From Fidelibacterota bacterium UBA2242 (GTDB lineage Bacteria > Fidelibacterota > UBA2242), in the NCBI GenBank assembly GCA_002347855.1, contig DDYE01000009.1, forward strand, positions 90,265-154,264: DNA of 64,000 nucleotides, given 5' to 3'. The position numbers and the translations under genes are program-made. Of this stretch, positions 37,646 to 48,111 are shown piece by piece (within the stretch, counting starts at the first letter, position 1; each line of letters begins with the position of its first letter). A model generated the notes under the pieces. It was not told the origin of the DNA and did no database searches. It saw only the letters and a program-made list of their open reading frames with translations.

Positions 37646-38433
37646 CTATTATTCCGTACCACAAAAACTTCTTCGAGAGCATTTAATAAAACACTGGGCT
37701 TAATCACTGCAATCTGGAACAATTCCGATGCCGATTGACGGATTTCCAGAACTTCACCGACAAGGATATTGGGGGGATAAATTTCACTATAGCCTGAGGT
37801 GAGTACTTTTTCTCCAGGGTAAATGATGGCGGTCTTGGGGATTTCTCTTACCTCGCCGTAGCCATCAGGATGCCAGCGCATAATACCATAGACCCGTGAG
37901 ACTTGAAACTTGACTCCTAAACGGAAATTGACATCCAGGAATATCTGCACGATGGTATTGTTTTGCCCGACGGAAACCGTCTTTCCGACGATGCCGTGTT
38001 GTGAAATTACCGCCATATTAGGTTTAATGCCGTCTTTCTGTCCGACGTTGATGAGGATAGAATTGAAAAGCGGGGTAACACCCTGGTTAATTACTTCGGC
38101 TGGCATCAAATCAAGGCGCGTGGTATCTTTAAAGTTCAACAACTCCCGCAGGCGCTGGTTTTCGAGATAGGCTTCTTTTAAAGAGGCATTCATTAGACTT
38201 AGACGCAGATTCTCTTCTTTCAGGGTTTCATTTTCGCGCATCAAGTTTGACAAGTCATCAATCCATATTTTAGGGTAATGAACAAAAGCAAATAAATCGG
38301 TAAAATTGCCCTGTAAGCTGCGGATTTGAGGTGCTTCATTTGACATGAGAATGATAAAAGAAATGCCAATTAGAAGAGCCAGCAAAAGGTATTCATAAAT
38401 ACTTACCAGAAACCGGAGAATTTTAATGAACAT
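37624..38433 (-). CDS. mreC: Rod shape-determining protein MreC
   Basis: It has an N-terminal TM and a coiled coil (ENETLKEENLRL), followed by MreC β-domains. Confidence 0.85.
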   Translation of the reverse strand: MFIKILRFLVSIYEYLLLALLIGISFIILMSNEAPQIRSLQGNFTDLFAFVHYPKIWIDDLSNLMRENETLKEENLRLSLMNASLKEAYLENQRLRELLNFKDTTRLDLMPAEVINQGVTPLFNSILINVGQKDGIKPNMAVISQHGIVGKTVSVGQNNTIVQIFLDVNFRLGVKFQVSRVYGIMRWHPDGYGEVREIPKTAIIYPGEKVLTSGYSEIYPPNILVGEVLEIRQSASELFQIAVIKPSVLLNALEEVFVVRNNRWFVKPS

Positions 38434-38438
38434 GGCTT

Positions 38439-39458
38439 TTAGACCAGAACGTCCCGGTATTTCTCGGGATCGTCAATAATCATCCCCGCCCCTTTTACTA
38501 CCGACAGTAACGGTTCTTCAGCAACATTGACTGGCAAATCGGTTTCGACGCGAATACGCTGGTCCAAGCCTTTTAAAAGGGCACCTCCGCCCGTTAGAAT
38601 TATCCCACGATCTAAAATATCAGATGAAAGTTCCGGTGGTGTCATCTCCAGGGCTTGTTTGATAGCCTGAATTATTAAATCTACGGTGTCTTTCAGACAT
38701 TCGCGGATTTCCACAGACGAGATTTCTATTGTTTTGGGAATGCCGGCGACCAGACTGCGCCCTTTGACTTGAATAGTAGTATCGGCGATTGGCATTGCGG
38801 AACCGACCGTGCACTTAATCCACTCCGCCGTTCTTTCTCCAATTAAAAGATTATGCTCAGTCTTAAAATATTGCACAATGGCATCATCCATCTCGTCACC
38901 AGCAACCCGAATTGCCTGTTTTGTTACAATACCATTCAAAGCAATCACGGCAATTTCCGTCGTGCCGCCGCCAATATCTACAATAATATTGCCGACAGGT
39001 TTGGAAATATCGATACCAATTCCAATTGCTGCCGCAACCGGTTCCTCAACCAGAAAAACCTCTCGCGCATTAGCGCGGTCGGCTGAATCGCGTACCGCCC
39101 GCTTCTCGACTTCGGTGATACCGGAAGGGATGCAAAAAACCATCCGGGGACGAGCAATGCGGCTGAGATTTATTTTGTGGATAAAACCACGGATCATGGC
39201 ATCAGTCATTTCAAAATCGGCGATAACGCCATCCTTTAATGGACGAATAGTGATAATATCGCGGTGCGTTTTGCCCAGCATCTCTTTGGCATCTTCACCT
39301 ACCGCTACTACTTCACCATTATGAATAGACCGGGCAACGATAGACGGCTCATTCAGAAGAATGCCCCTGCCTTTCATATAAATCAAGGTGTTGGCAGTCC
39401 CTAAATCAATGGCAATATCGCCCGTAAAAATATTAAAAAGGTTCAATGGCATATTCAC
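38439..39458 (-). CDS. mreB: Rod shape-determining protein MreB
   Basis: It is an actin-like ATPase with the motifs DLGTANTLIY and DIGGGTTE. Confidence 0.95.
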   Translation of the reverse strand: MNMPLNLFNIFTGDIAIDLGTANTLIYMKGRGILLNEPSIVARSIHNGEVVAVGEDAKEMLGKTHRDIITIRPLKDGVIADFEMTDAMIRGFIHKINLSRIARPRMVFCIPSGITEVEKRAVRDSADRANAREVFLVEEPVAAAIGIGIDISKPVGNIIVDIGGGTTEIAVIALNGIVTKQAIRVAGDEMDDAIVQYFKTEHNLLIGERTAEWIKCTVGSAMPIADTTIQVKGRSLVAGIPKTIEISSVEIRECLKDTVDLIIQAIKQALEMTPPELSSDILDRGIILTGGGALLKGLDQRIRVETDLPVNVAEEPLLSVVKGAGMIIDDPEKYRDVLV

Positions 39459-39467
39459 TCCGTTGGA

Positions 39468-41024
39468 TTAATGTTTGAAAACTCTTCGACCTGTAAATAT
39501 CATAAAAAGATGATGTTCGTTGCAAGCAGTTATTGAATCCTGATCTCGAAGACTGCCGCCCGGCTGAATTATTCCGGCAATTTGGTGTTCTGCCGCCACA
39601 TCGACTGAGTCCCGAAATGGGAAAAAGGCGTCGGATGCCATGACCGTGTTGGTCAGGTCCAAGCCAGCTTCCTGTGCTTTGCGAATAGCAATTTTGACCG
39701 CATCGACACGCGACATCTGACCAGCACCTATTCCTACCGAACCGTTCGCATCACAAAAGACAATTGCATTCGATTTGACATGCTTGACCAGTTGCCAGGC
39801 AAGCCGAATCGCCGACCAATGCTCGGGCGCCGGTTGCCGTTCCGTCACAACCCGCCAGGTACTTTCGTCATCAGGCGCGGCTGAGATGGTCTGGACTAAA
39901 AGACCACTGCCATAATTGCGAATGTCAAGATTCATCGCCAGACATTCAGGGCAAGGCACTAAAAGTCGCAGATTCTTTTTCTTGCTGAGAATAAACAAAG
40001 CATTCTCGTCAAACTCGGGGGCAACAATACATTCTAAAAAACTTGCCGATAATTCCTGAGCAAATTCAGCATTTATAGGTTGATTGGCGCCGACAATTCC
40101 GCCAAAATAACTTACTGGATCGGCGGCTACTGCCCGACGATAGGCTGCCAGAGCTGTGTTCCCGACTCCCAATCCGCAGGGATTAGTATGCTTGACATTG
40201 ACGACGACAGCTTGTTCCGTTTTAAAACTTGTAATAAGGCGGTAGGCTGCCAGGCAATCATAGTAATTGTTATAGGAAATTTCCTTGCCCTGGAGCTGCT
40301 TAAAAGGCTGCCAATCGAGCTGGAAATAGGGCGCGTAAAGAGCCGCTGTTTGATCTGGATTTTCGCCGTACCGGAGGGTTTGCACACGACGAAAATTCTC
40401 ATGCCAGATTTGGGGTAAATCAGACTTATCACTACTCAGGAAACGGGATATCTCAGCATCATAAGCGGTTGTTTTTTCAAAAACCTGCTGCGCCAGCTGC
40501 TGGCGATAATCGAGACTAATGGCGTTCTCTGCCAGACGCCGCTGAAATTCAGGATATTGGGTTGGGTCAGAAAGAACTGCGACATTGCGAAAATTTTTCG
40601 CTGCCGCGCGTAACATTGCTGGTCCGCCGATGTCTATCATTTCAATCATTTCGTCAAAAGTTTTTTCGCCTTTGCGAAGCGATTCAACAAAAGGATAAAG
40701 ATTGACTACCACCAGCTGAAAAGGCGCCAGGGCTGCGCGCTGTAAATCATTGACATGCTGGGAATTGTCCACATCGGCTAAAATTCCGCCAAAAATAGCC
40801 GGGTGCAAAGTTTTGACGCGTCCTCCTAATATTTCCGGGAAATTAGTCAATTCTTCGACGCGGGTGACAGCCAATCCATGGGTTTTAAGGGCATCATAAG
40901 TACCACCGGTTGAAAAAATCGTTACCTGCCGGGCAACGAGCATTTCCGCCAGCGGCAAAATCCCGCTCTTGTCCCACACACTAATAATAGCACGTTCAAT
41001 AGGGAATTGGTCTAATTTTGCCAT
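39468..41024 (-). CDS. purH: Bifunctional AICAR transformylase / IMP cyclohydrolase
   Basis: An MGS-like domain (ISVWDKSGI..STGGT) is followed by an AICARFT domain. Confidence 0.95.
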   Translation of the reverse strand: MAKLDQFPIERAIISVWDKSGILPLAEMLVARQVTIFSTGGTYDALKTHGLAVTRVEELTNFPEILGGRVKTLHPAIFGGILADVDNSQHVNDLQRAALAPFQLVVVNLYPFVESLRKGEKTFDEMIEMIDIGGPAMLRAAAKNFRNVAVLSDPTQYPEFQRRLAENAISLDYRQQLAQQVFEKTTAYDAEISRFLSSDKSDLPQIWHENFRRVQTLRYGENPDQTAALYAPYFQLDWQPFKQLQGKEISYNNYYDCLAAYRLITSFKTEQAVVVNVKHTNPCGLGVGNTALAAYRRAVAADPVSYFGGIVGANQPINAEFAQELSASFLECIVAPEFDENALFILSKKKNLRLLVPCPECLAMNLDIRNYGSGLLVQTISAAPDDESTWRVVTERQPAPEHWSAIRLAWQLVKHVKSNAIVFCDANGSVGIGAGQMSRVDAVKIAIRKAQEAGLDLTNTVMASDAFFPFRDSVDVAAEHQIAGIIQPGGSLRDQDSITACNEHHLFMIFTGRRVFKH

Positions 41025-41647
41025 ATTACCTTTCTATCAACGAGTTTCAAGCGTCCTTCGCACCAGGCTTTGATAACTTCAGGATAAATGCGGTGTTCGA
41101 CTGCCAGCACGCGCTCCGCCAGTGATTCGGGAGTGTCGTTAGGCAGAACCGCGACTTTTTCCTGCCGGATGATTGCACCGGTATCATAATGTTCATCAAC
41201 AAAATGCACCGTGACACCGGTGACTTTTAGACCGGCAGCGAGAACTGCTTCGTGTACTTTCATTCCATAAAAGCCTTTGCCGCCAAAATTCGGTAAAAGT
41301 GCCGGATGAATATTGATAATCGCTCCGGGATATTGCTGCACTACGGTAGACGGAATCAGTTTTAAATAACCGGCTAAGACGATTAAATTGGTTTCATGTC
41401 GTTTCAAAATTGCCAGAAGGTAAGCAGCATAATCTTCCGGCAATGAGAATTGCTTGCGATTTATCCAATAGGTCGGAATGCCGGCCTTGGTAGCGTGGTC
41501 AAAAACGGGTGGATGAGGATTGTCGCTAATGACGCACGCTATCCTTGCTGGAATCTCTCCCTTCTGAATTCTGGTCAAAATGGCAACGAAGTTGGAACCA
41601 CGCCCCGATGCCAAGACGGCGATGTTTTTCAAGGTCCTCACTTTCAC
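41012..41647 (-). CDS. purN: Phosphoribosylglycinamide formyltransferase
   Basis: It has the GAR transformylase fold (LASGRGSN, NIHPALLP). It overlaps purH by 13 nt. Confidence 0.9.
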   Translation of the reverse strand: MKVRTLKNIAVLASGRGSNFVAILTRIQKGEIPARIACVISDNPHPPVFDHATKAGIPTYWINRKQFSLPEDYAAYLLAILKRHETNLIVLAGYLKLIPSTVVQQYPGAIINIHPALLPNFGGKGFYGMKVHEAVLAAGLKVTGVTVHFVDEHYDTGAIIRQEKVAVLPNDTPESLAERVLAVEHRIYPEVIKAWCEGRLKLVDRKVIWQN

Positions 41648-41851
41648 AAAACCTCCTCAAATTTAGCTAAATATATACGGATAATCAACCAAGACTTAAT
41701 TAAGTTTTGAAGAAATTGCTGCCAGGCTGGTAGATAAATGAAAAAATCGCCTGTCAATGTCAATCTGCGAATAAATGAGTGCCATTTTCTTAATGCAGAT
41801 ACTACTCTACAAAATCGGGAGAGAAAATTAAAAGTTATTGATAAAATTGAG

Positions 41852-41941
41852 CGGAGAGACCGGGATTCGAACCCGGGGTACCGCTTTTAACGATACAACT
41901 GCTTAGCAGGCAGCTGCCTTCAGCCGCTCGGCCATCTCTCC
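41852..41941 (-). tRNA. tRNA-Ser (anticodon GCT)
   Basis: I folded it by hand. The acceptor is GGAGAGA/TCTCTCC and the D-stem is 3 bp. The anticodon stem is GCTGC/GCAGT with loop CTGCTAA, giving anticodon GCT. A long variable arm pairs TATCG with CGGTA. The T-arm is CCGGG-TTCGAAT-CCCGG, and the discriminator is G. Confidence 0.8.
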
Positions 41942-42016
41942 ATAAATTCGTCGCCTTTAAAAAACGAAATGAATTTATGGAATTAATTCTATAAATTCAA
42001 AACAATAAGCAAGGAG

Positions 42017-43801
42017 TTGAGGATGAATAAAGATGTCATTGCTCAAAGATTTTTTGAGAATGTTGCCCGCCTCGGAGATAAGCCTGCTCTCCTTTCCAAG
42101 ATCAATGGTCAGTATGTGCCTCTTTCCTATCGGAAGTTAGGTGAAATTGTGCGCGCGATTGCCTTGACGCTCGATTCTTGGGGCATCCGCAAAGGAGACC
42201 GCTGTGCTATCATTTCGGATAATCGGCAGGAATGGATTATGGCGGATATGGCAAATCAAGCCCTCGGTGTACCTTCGGTACCTATCTATCCGACCCTATC
42301 AAGCGTTCAGATAGATGAATTGCTGAAACATTCGGAACCGCGCGTGATTTATGTTGGTACTCCTGAATTACTCAAAAAAGTGCTGGCATGTCAATATCGC
42401 CCGGAATATTATGTGGGTTTTGATCCGCAAATGGCGAGCGCGGAGGTTGTTTCGCTCGAACAGGTTATTACTAAAGGTTCGCAGCTCGACCCAGAGCATT
42501 TCAATTCTATCCTTGCTGCGGTGGAACCTGGTGACCTTGCTTGTATCAATTACACTTCAGGAACTACCGGTGTGCCGAAAGGAGTCATGCTCACCAACGA
42601 AAATTTTGTGCGGGATGTTGATAATAGTGTCCAGAATTTGCAAATATTTGAAAGTGATGTATTCCTTTCATTCTTGCCCTTGAGCCATGTTCTGGAACGC
42701 ATGGGGGGGTATTATGTGCCCATGTTGGTGGGAGCCACGATAGGTTTTGCGGAGAGTATAGAGAAAGTGCTTGATAATATGGCAGAGGTCAAGCCCACCA
42801 TTTTAATCAGTGTGCCTCGTCTTTTTGAAAAGATATACGCTACGGTCATGTCTGGGGTTGAATCAGGCTCCTTTTTAAAAAAGAAAATATTCTTCTGGGC
42901 TTTAAAAGCGGGCCGCGAGCGGATGAATGCCGAAATCTACGGTACTCCTTTAAGTTGGTGGACGCAACGCAAAATCAAAATTGCTGATAAATTAGTGTTT
43001 AGCAAGCTGCAAAATCGCACCGGAGGACGCTTACAACGCTTTGTATCCGGTGGTGCGCCGCTATCCAAAGAGATTGCCGAATTTCTTTTTGCTGCCGGTT
43101 TGCGGGTCTACGAGGGTTATGGTCTGACCGAAACCAGTCCGGTGGTGACTGTAAATGGTCCGGGGCATGTGCGCCTCGGTTCGGTGGGAATTGCCATCCC
43201 TGAGACTGAGTTCAAGATTTCCGAAGATAATGAGATTTTGGTGCGCGGTCCGCAAGTCATGAGGGGGTATTATAAAAATGAAGAAGCAACCCGCGAGGTC
43301 ATCGATTCGGACGGTTTTTTACACACCGGAGATATAGGTTATTTTGATGAAGACGGTTTCCTGTTTTTAACCGACCGCAAGAAAAATATTTTAATTACCG
43401 CGGGAGGCAAGAATGTTGCTCCTCAACCGATAGAGGACGCAATCAAACTGAGCCCCTACATTGCCGAAGTAGTGCTGATTGGTGACCGACGCAATTTTAT
43501 TTCGGCTCTGATTGTGCTTGACCAGGCGATGATCCGCAAATGGGCGGAGAGCCACCAGATTACATTTGAGCCTTATAGTGAATTTATCAAACGCCCCGAG
43601 GTCTATCGACTAATCGAATCGGAAATTGAACGGTTGACGCCTCATCTGTCGCGTTTTGAGAAAGTAAAGAAATTTAGTATTGTGCCGCACGATTTCAGTA
43701 TCGAGACTGGCGAATTGACTCCATCCTTGAAAGTCAAGCGGAAAATCGTTCTCGAAAAGTACGCCGATTTGATTGACGAAATGTACCGAGAGACCGTGTA
43801 A
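42017..43801 (+). CDS. Long-chain fatty acid–CoA ligase (AMP-dependent synthetase)
   Basis: The AMP-binding motif is YTSGTTGVPKGV, and GYGLTE and the C-terminal K are present. An SD (AAGGAG) precedes the ATG. Confidence 0.85.
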   Translation: MRMNKDVIAQRFFENVARLGDKPALLSKINGQYVPLSYRKLGEIVRAIALTLDSWGIRKGDRCAIISDNRQEWIMADMANQALGVPSVPIYPTLSSVQIDELLKHSEPRVIYVGTPELLKKVLACQYRPEYYVGFDPQMASAEVVSLEQVITKGSQLDPEHFNSILAAVEPGDLACINYTSGTTGVPKGVMLTNENFVRDVDNSVQNLQIFESDVFLSFLPLSHVLERMGGYYVPMLVGATIGFAESIEKVLDNMAEVKPTILISVPRLFEKIYATVMSGVESGSFLKKKIFFWALKAGRERMNAEIYGTPLSWWTQRKIKIADKLVFSKLQNRTGGRLQRFVSGGAPLSKEIAEFLFAAGLRVYEGYGLTETSPVVTVNGPGHVRLGSVGIAIPETEFKISEDNEILVRGPQVMRGYYKNEEATREVIDSDGFLHTGDIGYFDEDGFLFLTDRKKNILITAGGKNVAPQPIEDAIKLSPYIAEVVLIGDRRNFISALIVLDQAMIRKWAESHQITFEPYSEFIKRPEVYRLIESEIERLTPHLSRFEKVKKFSIVPHDFSIETGELTPSLKVKRKIVLEKYADLIDEMYRETV

Positions 43802-43859
43802 AAGCCTTGTCTTAGACGGGCGGATAAATTAATTTCTGCCGCGTCTGGCTCTTTGTTTT

Positions 43860-43943
43860 GGAGGTATAGACCTAACTGGTAAGGCAGCGGTCTTGAAAAC
43901 CGCCGGGTTTACGCCCTTGGGGGTTCGAGTCCCTCTACCTCCG
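43860..43943 (+). tRNA. tRNA-Ser (anticodon TGA)
   Basis: I folded it by hand. The acceptor is GGAGGTA/TACCTCC. The anticodon stem is GCGGT/ACCGC with loop CTTGAAA, giving anticodon TGA. It has a long variable arm, and the T-arm is GGGGG-TTCGAGT-CCCTC. Confidence 0.75.
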
Positions 43944-44187
43944 CTCTCTTTCGATCCGGTTGAAAGTTCCCAATCATCCAAAAGCCTTTGGACTGCGCTA
44001 GAACCACCTTGATATGTTCCCGTCGCCTTCAGTTGAGAAAAGATTTATGGCGAGTGATAGCCGGCAAATCCAGATGCCAAAGCAGGGAACAATTCATCAC
44101 AACCGAATTTGAATAGAACGAGCAGGACGAGACTTTGTTGGAGAATTGCAGTTAGATAGCTAAATTAAACCGCAAAGTGAGTCGCCA

Positions 44188-47100
44188 TTGAAAAAAGTAT
44201 TAAAAATAGCACTTTATACTCTGGTCATCGGCATCTTTCTGCTGAGCGTTTTAGGTTTTGTAATTCTTAAAACCACCTGGTGGCAAACCACATTTTTAGC
44301 GTATGTCAATCGTCAATTAGGACAACGTTATAATTTGGCTCTCCAGGTCAAAGAATTTAGAGGCAACCTTTTTTTTCGCTTGCGCTTTTCAGATTGGCGT
44401 CTCCTGACAGACAAGCAAACTCCATTATTGCAGGGTGAGGAGCTGAACCTGACTTACAATCTCAAAGCACTACTAAAGCAAAAGCCAACTATTCAAGCTA
44501 TCCAGGGTAATGGGATTTCTCTGACTTATCCTAATAGTCTTGATTCCCTGCGAACTCATCTGGCGCTTTACAAAGACACCACCCGCGCGCTTCAATTAAC
44601 TGTGAAGAAAATTAAACTCACAGATATAACTGTTCTCGCTTCTGATTCTATAAATGAGGCGCTCGTCAAGCAAGCCTATATGCAGGGAACGCTATCCATT
44701 GTAGGTCAAGAACTGACCGCTGAATTTGATTCGCTGGGATTAGCGTTGCCCAGAATCCAGGAAAAGCTGCTCGTACGGCATCTCAATCTCGTTCTAAGAC
44801 AAGATACGCTCTGGGTTAAGGATTGTCAGTTAAAAAACCGCGCCGCGGGAGTAAGAATCGCCGGCCAGGTACTCCTTCGGCAGCCTATCAAAAGTCATTT
44901 AGCTTTTCAGGTTGATAATTTACTCGTCAGAGAACGACTGGCTGCTTACCAAAAGATATTTGCCCTGAACGATTTCTTGAATTTGCGCGGTGAGGCTGAC
45001 ATTTCATCAAATAGTGTTGACCTGAGCGCGCAATTCGACGGCAAATTCCGCAATCGTTCCATTACCGCCGGCAGAATCAAGGGCAGCTTTATCAATTCTC
45101 ATTTCCAGATTAAAAACTTTGCTTGCAAGGTCGATTCAGAAGAGGTACAAGGAATCCTCGAAGGAGACTTTAACCAAAAACTTGAAGCTGTGCTGAATTT
45201 CAAGGGATTGAATGCTTATGATTGGGGGGTGACAGAGCAGACGACCAATTTAACCGGCTCTTTATTTTTATCGAGTTTGGGGCAATTGAATCGTCCTGAA
45301 CGAATAACAGCACAGGTGGATTTGAATGATGCCACCATCTCGACTTTTAACTTCAATCGCATCCACGGGACTATTGTTTATGAAAAAGGGTACCTGACGA
45401 TAACTGATACATTGCATTTTCAATTGGGGGAGACGGAATTGATGCTGGATGGGTTGGTGGATTTAAATGATAATACTCTCGATACCCGCGCTTATTTTAA
45501 AAATATCGATGCCAATTTAGCAGCGAATTGGCTGAAGCTTGATACGCTTTTAGGTAAGGTGGATGGTTTTATTGAAGCGACTGGCAGCTTGAGTGCTCCC
45601 GATTTGCGCGGCTGGATTAAAGGCAAGGCATTCGGTGTCCCCAACTTAGTTTTTAGTGAAGGTATTGCTCGTTTCGGGTTAGTCAATCTTCAGCAACATA
45701 GGTTTGGTGACATTTTCATCGAAGCCACGAATGCTCGTATACCGTTGATTGCGGAGGAAATACCTCTCACCTCTCTGATTGTCCGCTTTGAAGGTGACAC
45801 TACCATTGTCCAATCCCTCAAAATTGTTAGCGATAACTTAGATATTGAAGCCCAAGGTAGAGTCGTAAACTTTACTGAGGTTAACCTGCAGAGCATCAAA
45901 ATTCGGCGGGGCGCCAATCTCCTGAGCAGTATTGACCCCATTCATTTTTCTTTGGACAAAGATACTCTGCAACTGAATCAGGTCAGGTTTGCTCTTAATC
46001 AGGGTCGCTTGACTTTATCGGCAAAATTCCTGAAACGCATACCGCAGGATATTAAAGTCGAATTTGCCGACCTTTCGCTGGAGCCGTTGAATCAATTTAT
46101 TAAGGGGACGCCGGATATTTCCGGCAAGCTACAGGGAGTAATCGAATACCATAACGGCATTCGCCGACCATATTTTAAAGGTAATTTAGTCGTTGATAAC
46201 GCTAGATTCTTAGGGCAACGTTTTAAAAGGGTAAATTTTAATGGCAAATTGAGCGAGCACCGCCTGGAAATCGAGCAAGTGACAATCCAGGATATGCAGA
46301 AAGGCGTACTCAATGGTCAGGGCTTTGTGGGCTGCAATTTTAATTGGAATGCCAAGCGGCCTTTAATCGTGGCGCAAGACAGCGTCAATTTGACTTTAAA
46401 TCTCGACGATTTTGATTTAAAAGTGTTTCAGAAGTTCTTAAGACAGCAGCGCGCAATTGATGGCAAACTGTCCGGCAATTTGATTGTCTATAATTTTTTA
46501 GGGGCACCGCGTCTGAGCTACGATTTTGAACTCGCTAAACCCATCTTTGACAAGTTAAAAGGTGAAACCCTGAAAATTAAGGGAATCTACCAGGACAATA
46601 AACTAACTTTTTCGGATATTCAATTACTCGACGAGGGAGGAGTAACTCGTGGGCGTGGCTATTTTGGTACTATCATCTCACTATTTCCTCTTCGCTTTGA
46701 AATCGGTCAGGATGCCCCTATCAGTATGAATTTTACTATGCACACTACCGCCCTAAATTTTCTAAGTGCCTATATTAAAGGTTTGGAGAGCGCTACCGGT
46801 AATTTCGATTTGGCATTGAGTATCTCTGGCACCCCTCGCCAACCTATTCGCTCAGGTAATTTAATAGCCAAGGATGCTACTCTCAATATTAGTACTCTCG
46901 AAAATCCTATTACTGGGGTCGCTGGTAGCGCCGTGCTGAGAAATAACATTCTGGAAATTGTTACACTCACCGGCTTTATGAAAAAGCCCCTGCCACCAGC
47001 CCGCTTTGAACGCCTTAAGGACAAAATAAAAGCATATACCTGGGATATTATCTTTCCGCCTAAGGTTGCTCCGGAACAACCCAATCTGGTGGTTACTGGC

Positions 47101-48111
47101 AATATTGATTTTTCATCATTCTTTCACCCCAAATATGATATCAAGGTCAAAGGGGAGGAACTGTACTTACGTACTCTCCTTGCTGAACAAGAGGGAGTGC
47201 TTGACGCTGAAATTAGTCTACGAGGACGCGATTCGCTTCTAATTGATGGCGAACTCGATATAATTGATTTCGTTTTACGCAATGAATTTACTAGCTCATC
47301 CAAAATTCAATTACCACCCGCACCACCAAGCAGCACTTATACTTCCGTGAATCTGCACACAGTCATTCCGGGTAATTTCTACTTCCAAAATTCACAACTG
47401 GATTGTGAACTGGAAGGTGAAATATGGATAATACAAACCGGCGATGAGCCCTATCGCTTTGCAGGCACGCTGGATGTTCGCAAAGGCAAATTTTTCTACT
47501 ATGGCTGGGAATTTGAAATATTAAACGGTACGATTGTTTTCGAGCCGACGGAGTTCAACCCGATTCTCGATATTGAAGCGCAGGTTGATTTAGCAGCTTA
47601 CGGCTTAGGTGATACCACGATTTCGCAAAGTAGTACCACTAGCGAATATGCCATTGTAAAGTTAACTGGCTACTTAGACGATCCCGCCCTTTCGTTCGAA
47701 TCGCAGAACTATTCCCAGAGTGATATCTTGATGTTCCTTACTCGTACCCAAAATCTAACCAGTCAGGGATTGAGTCAGGAAAATATATCAGCGGATGCCT
47801 TAAATATGTTCGGAATGTACTTTGAGCGCCAGCTGGAAAAGAACATAACACGCTTAAGCGGATTGGACGAATTTGAATTACGAACCAGAGGCAATCTCTT
47901 GGCTAATCAACAACCCGAGCAATGGAGCATCCTTTTAGGACGCAAAATTGCTCCCAACCTTTACTTTAAATATGAACGTACTTTTAGTCTGGCAGAACCT
48001 TACCAGCAATTTGGTCTCGAATACCGGTTGAATCGTAATATGTCGCTGGTGGGCGATGTCGATCAAAATGGCTCGTTAAGAATTAATTACCGTTTTAGAT
48101 TCCGCTATTGA
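44188..48111 (+). CDS. tamB: TamB-like translocation and assembly module protein (1307 aa)
   Basis: It has a single N-terminal TM anchor, then a very long β-rich body with a DUF490-like C-terminus. It has a TTG start. It is immediately upstream of an Omp85 gene. Confidence 0.7.
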   Translation: MKKVLKIALYTLVIGIFLLSVLGFVILKTTWWQTTFLAYVNRQLGQRYNLALQVKEFRGNLFFRLRFSDWRLLTDKQTPLLQGEELNLTYNLKALLKQKPTIQAIQGNGISLTYPNSLDSLRTHLALYKDTTRALQLTVKKIKLTDITVLASDSINEALVKQAYMQGTLSIVGQELTAEFDSLGLALPRIQEKLLVRHLNLVLRQDTLWVKDCQLKNRAAGVRIAGQVLLRQPIKSHLAFQVDNLLVRERLAAYQKIFALNDFLNLRGEADISSNSVDLSAQFDGKFRNRSITAGRIKGSFINSHFQIKNFACKVDSEEVQGILEGDFNQKLEAVLNFKGLNAYDWGVTEQTTNLTGSLFLSSLGQLNRPERITAQVDLNDATISTFNFNRIHGTIVYEKGYLTITDTLHFQLGETELMLDGLVDLNDNTLDTRAYFKNIDANLAANWLKLDTLLGKVDGFIEATGSLSAPDLRGWIKGKAFGVPNLVFSEGIARFGLVNLQQHRFGDIFIEATNARIPLIAEEIPLTSLIVRFEGDTTIVQSLKIVSDNLDIEAQGRVVNFTEVNLQSIKIRRGANLLSSIDPIHFSLDKDTLQLNQVRFALNQGRLTLSAKFLKRIPQDIKVEFADLSLEPLNQFIKGTPDISGKLQGVIEYHNGIRRPYFKGNLVVDNARFLGQRFKRVNFNGKLSEHRLEIEQVTIQDMQKGVLNGQGFVGCNFNWNAKRPLIVAQDSVNLTLNLDDFDLKVFQKFLRQQRAIDGKLSGNLIVYNFLGAPRLSYDFELAKPIFDKLKGETLKIKGIYQDNKLTFSDIQLLDEGGVTRGRGYFGTIISLFPLRFEIGQDAPISMNFTMHTTALNFLSAYIKGLESATGNFDLALSISGTPRQPIRSGNLIAKDATLNISTLENPITGVAGSAVLRNNILEIVTLTGFMKKPLPPARFERLKDKIKAYTWDIIFPPKVAPEQPNLVVTGNIDFSSFFHPKYDIKVKGEELYLRTLLAEQEGVLDAEISLRGRDSLLIDGELDIIDFVLRNEFTSSSKIQLPPAPPSSTYTSVNLHTVIPGNFYFQNSQLDCELEGEIWIIQTGDEPYRFAGTLDVRKGKFFYYGWEFEILNGTIVFEPTEFNPILDIEAQVDLAAYGLGDTTISQSSTTSEYAIVKLTGYLDDPALSFESQNYSQSDILMFLTRTQNLTSQGLSQENISADALNMFGMYFERQLEKNITRLSGLDEFELRTRGNLLANQQPEQWSILLGRKIAPNLYFKYERTFSLAEPYQQFGLEYRLNRNMSLVGDVDQNGSLRINYRFRFRY

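Noticed and set aside
43981-44187. A 32-aa ORF (MFPSPSVEKRFMASDSRQIQMPKQGTIHHNRI) in the spacer after tRNA-Ser(TGA).
   Set aside because: It has no SD, no recognisable motif and a composition that is not protein-like. It is more likely a tamB promoter or 5'-UTR.
41648-44187. A possible integrated element at the tRNA-Ser genes.
   Set aside because: There is no integrase, no direct repeat of a tRNA 3' segment and no atypical cargo. The only gene between the tRNAs is a housekeeping-type acyl-CoA synthetase.
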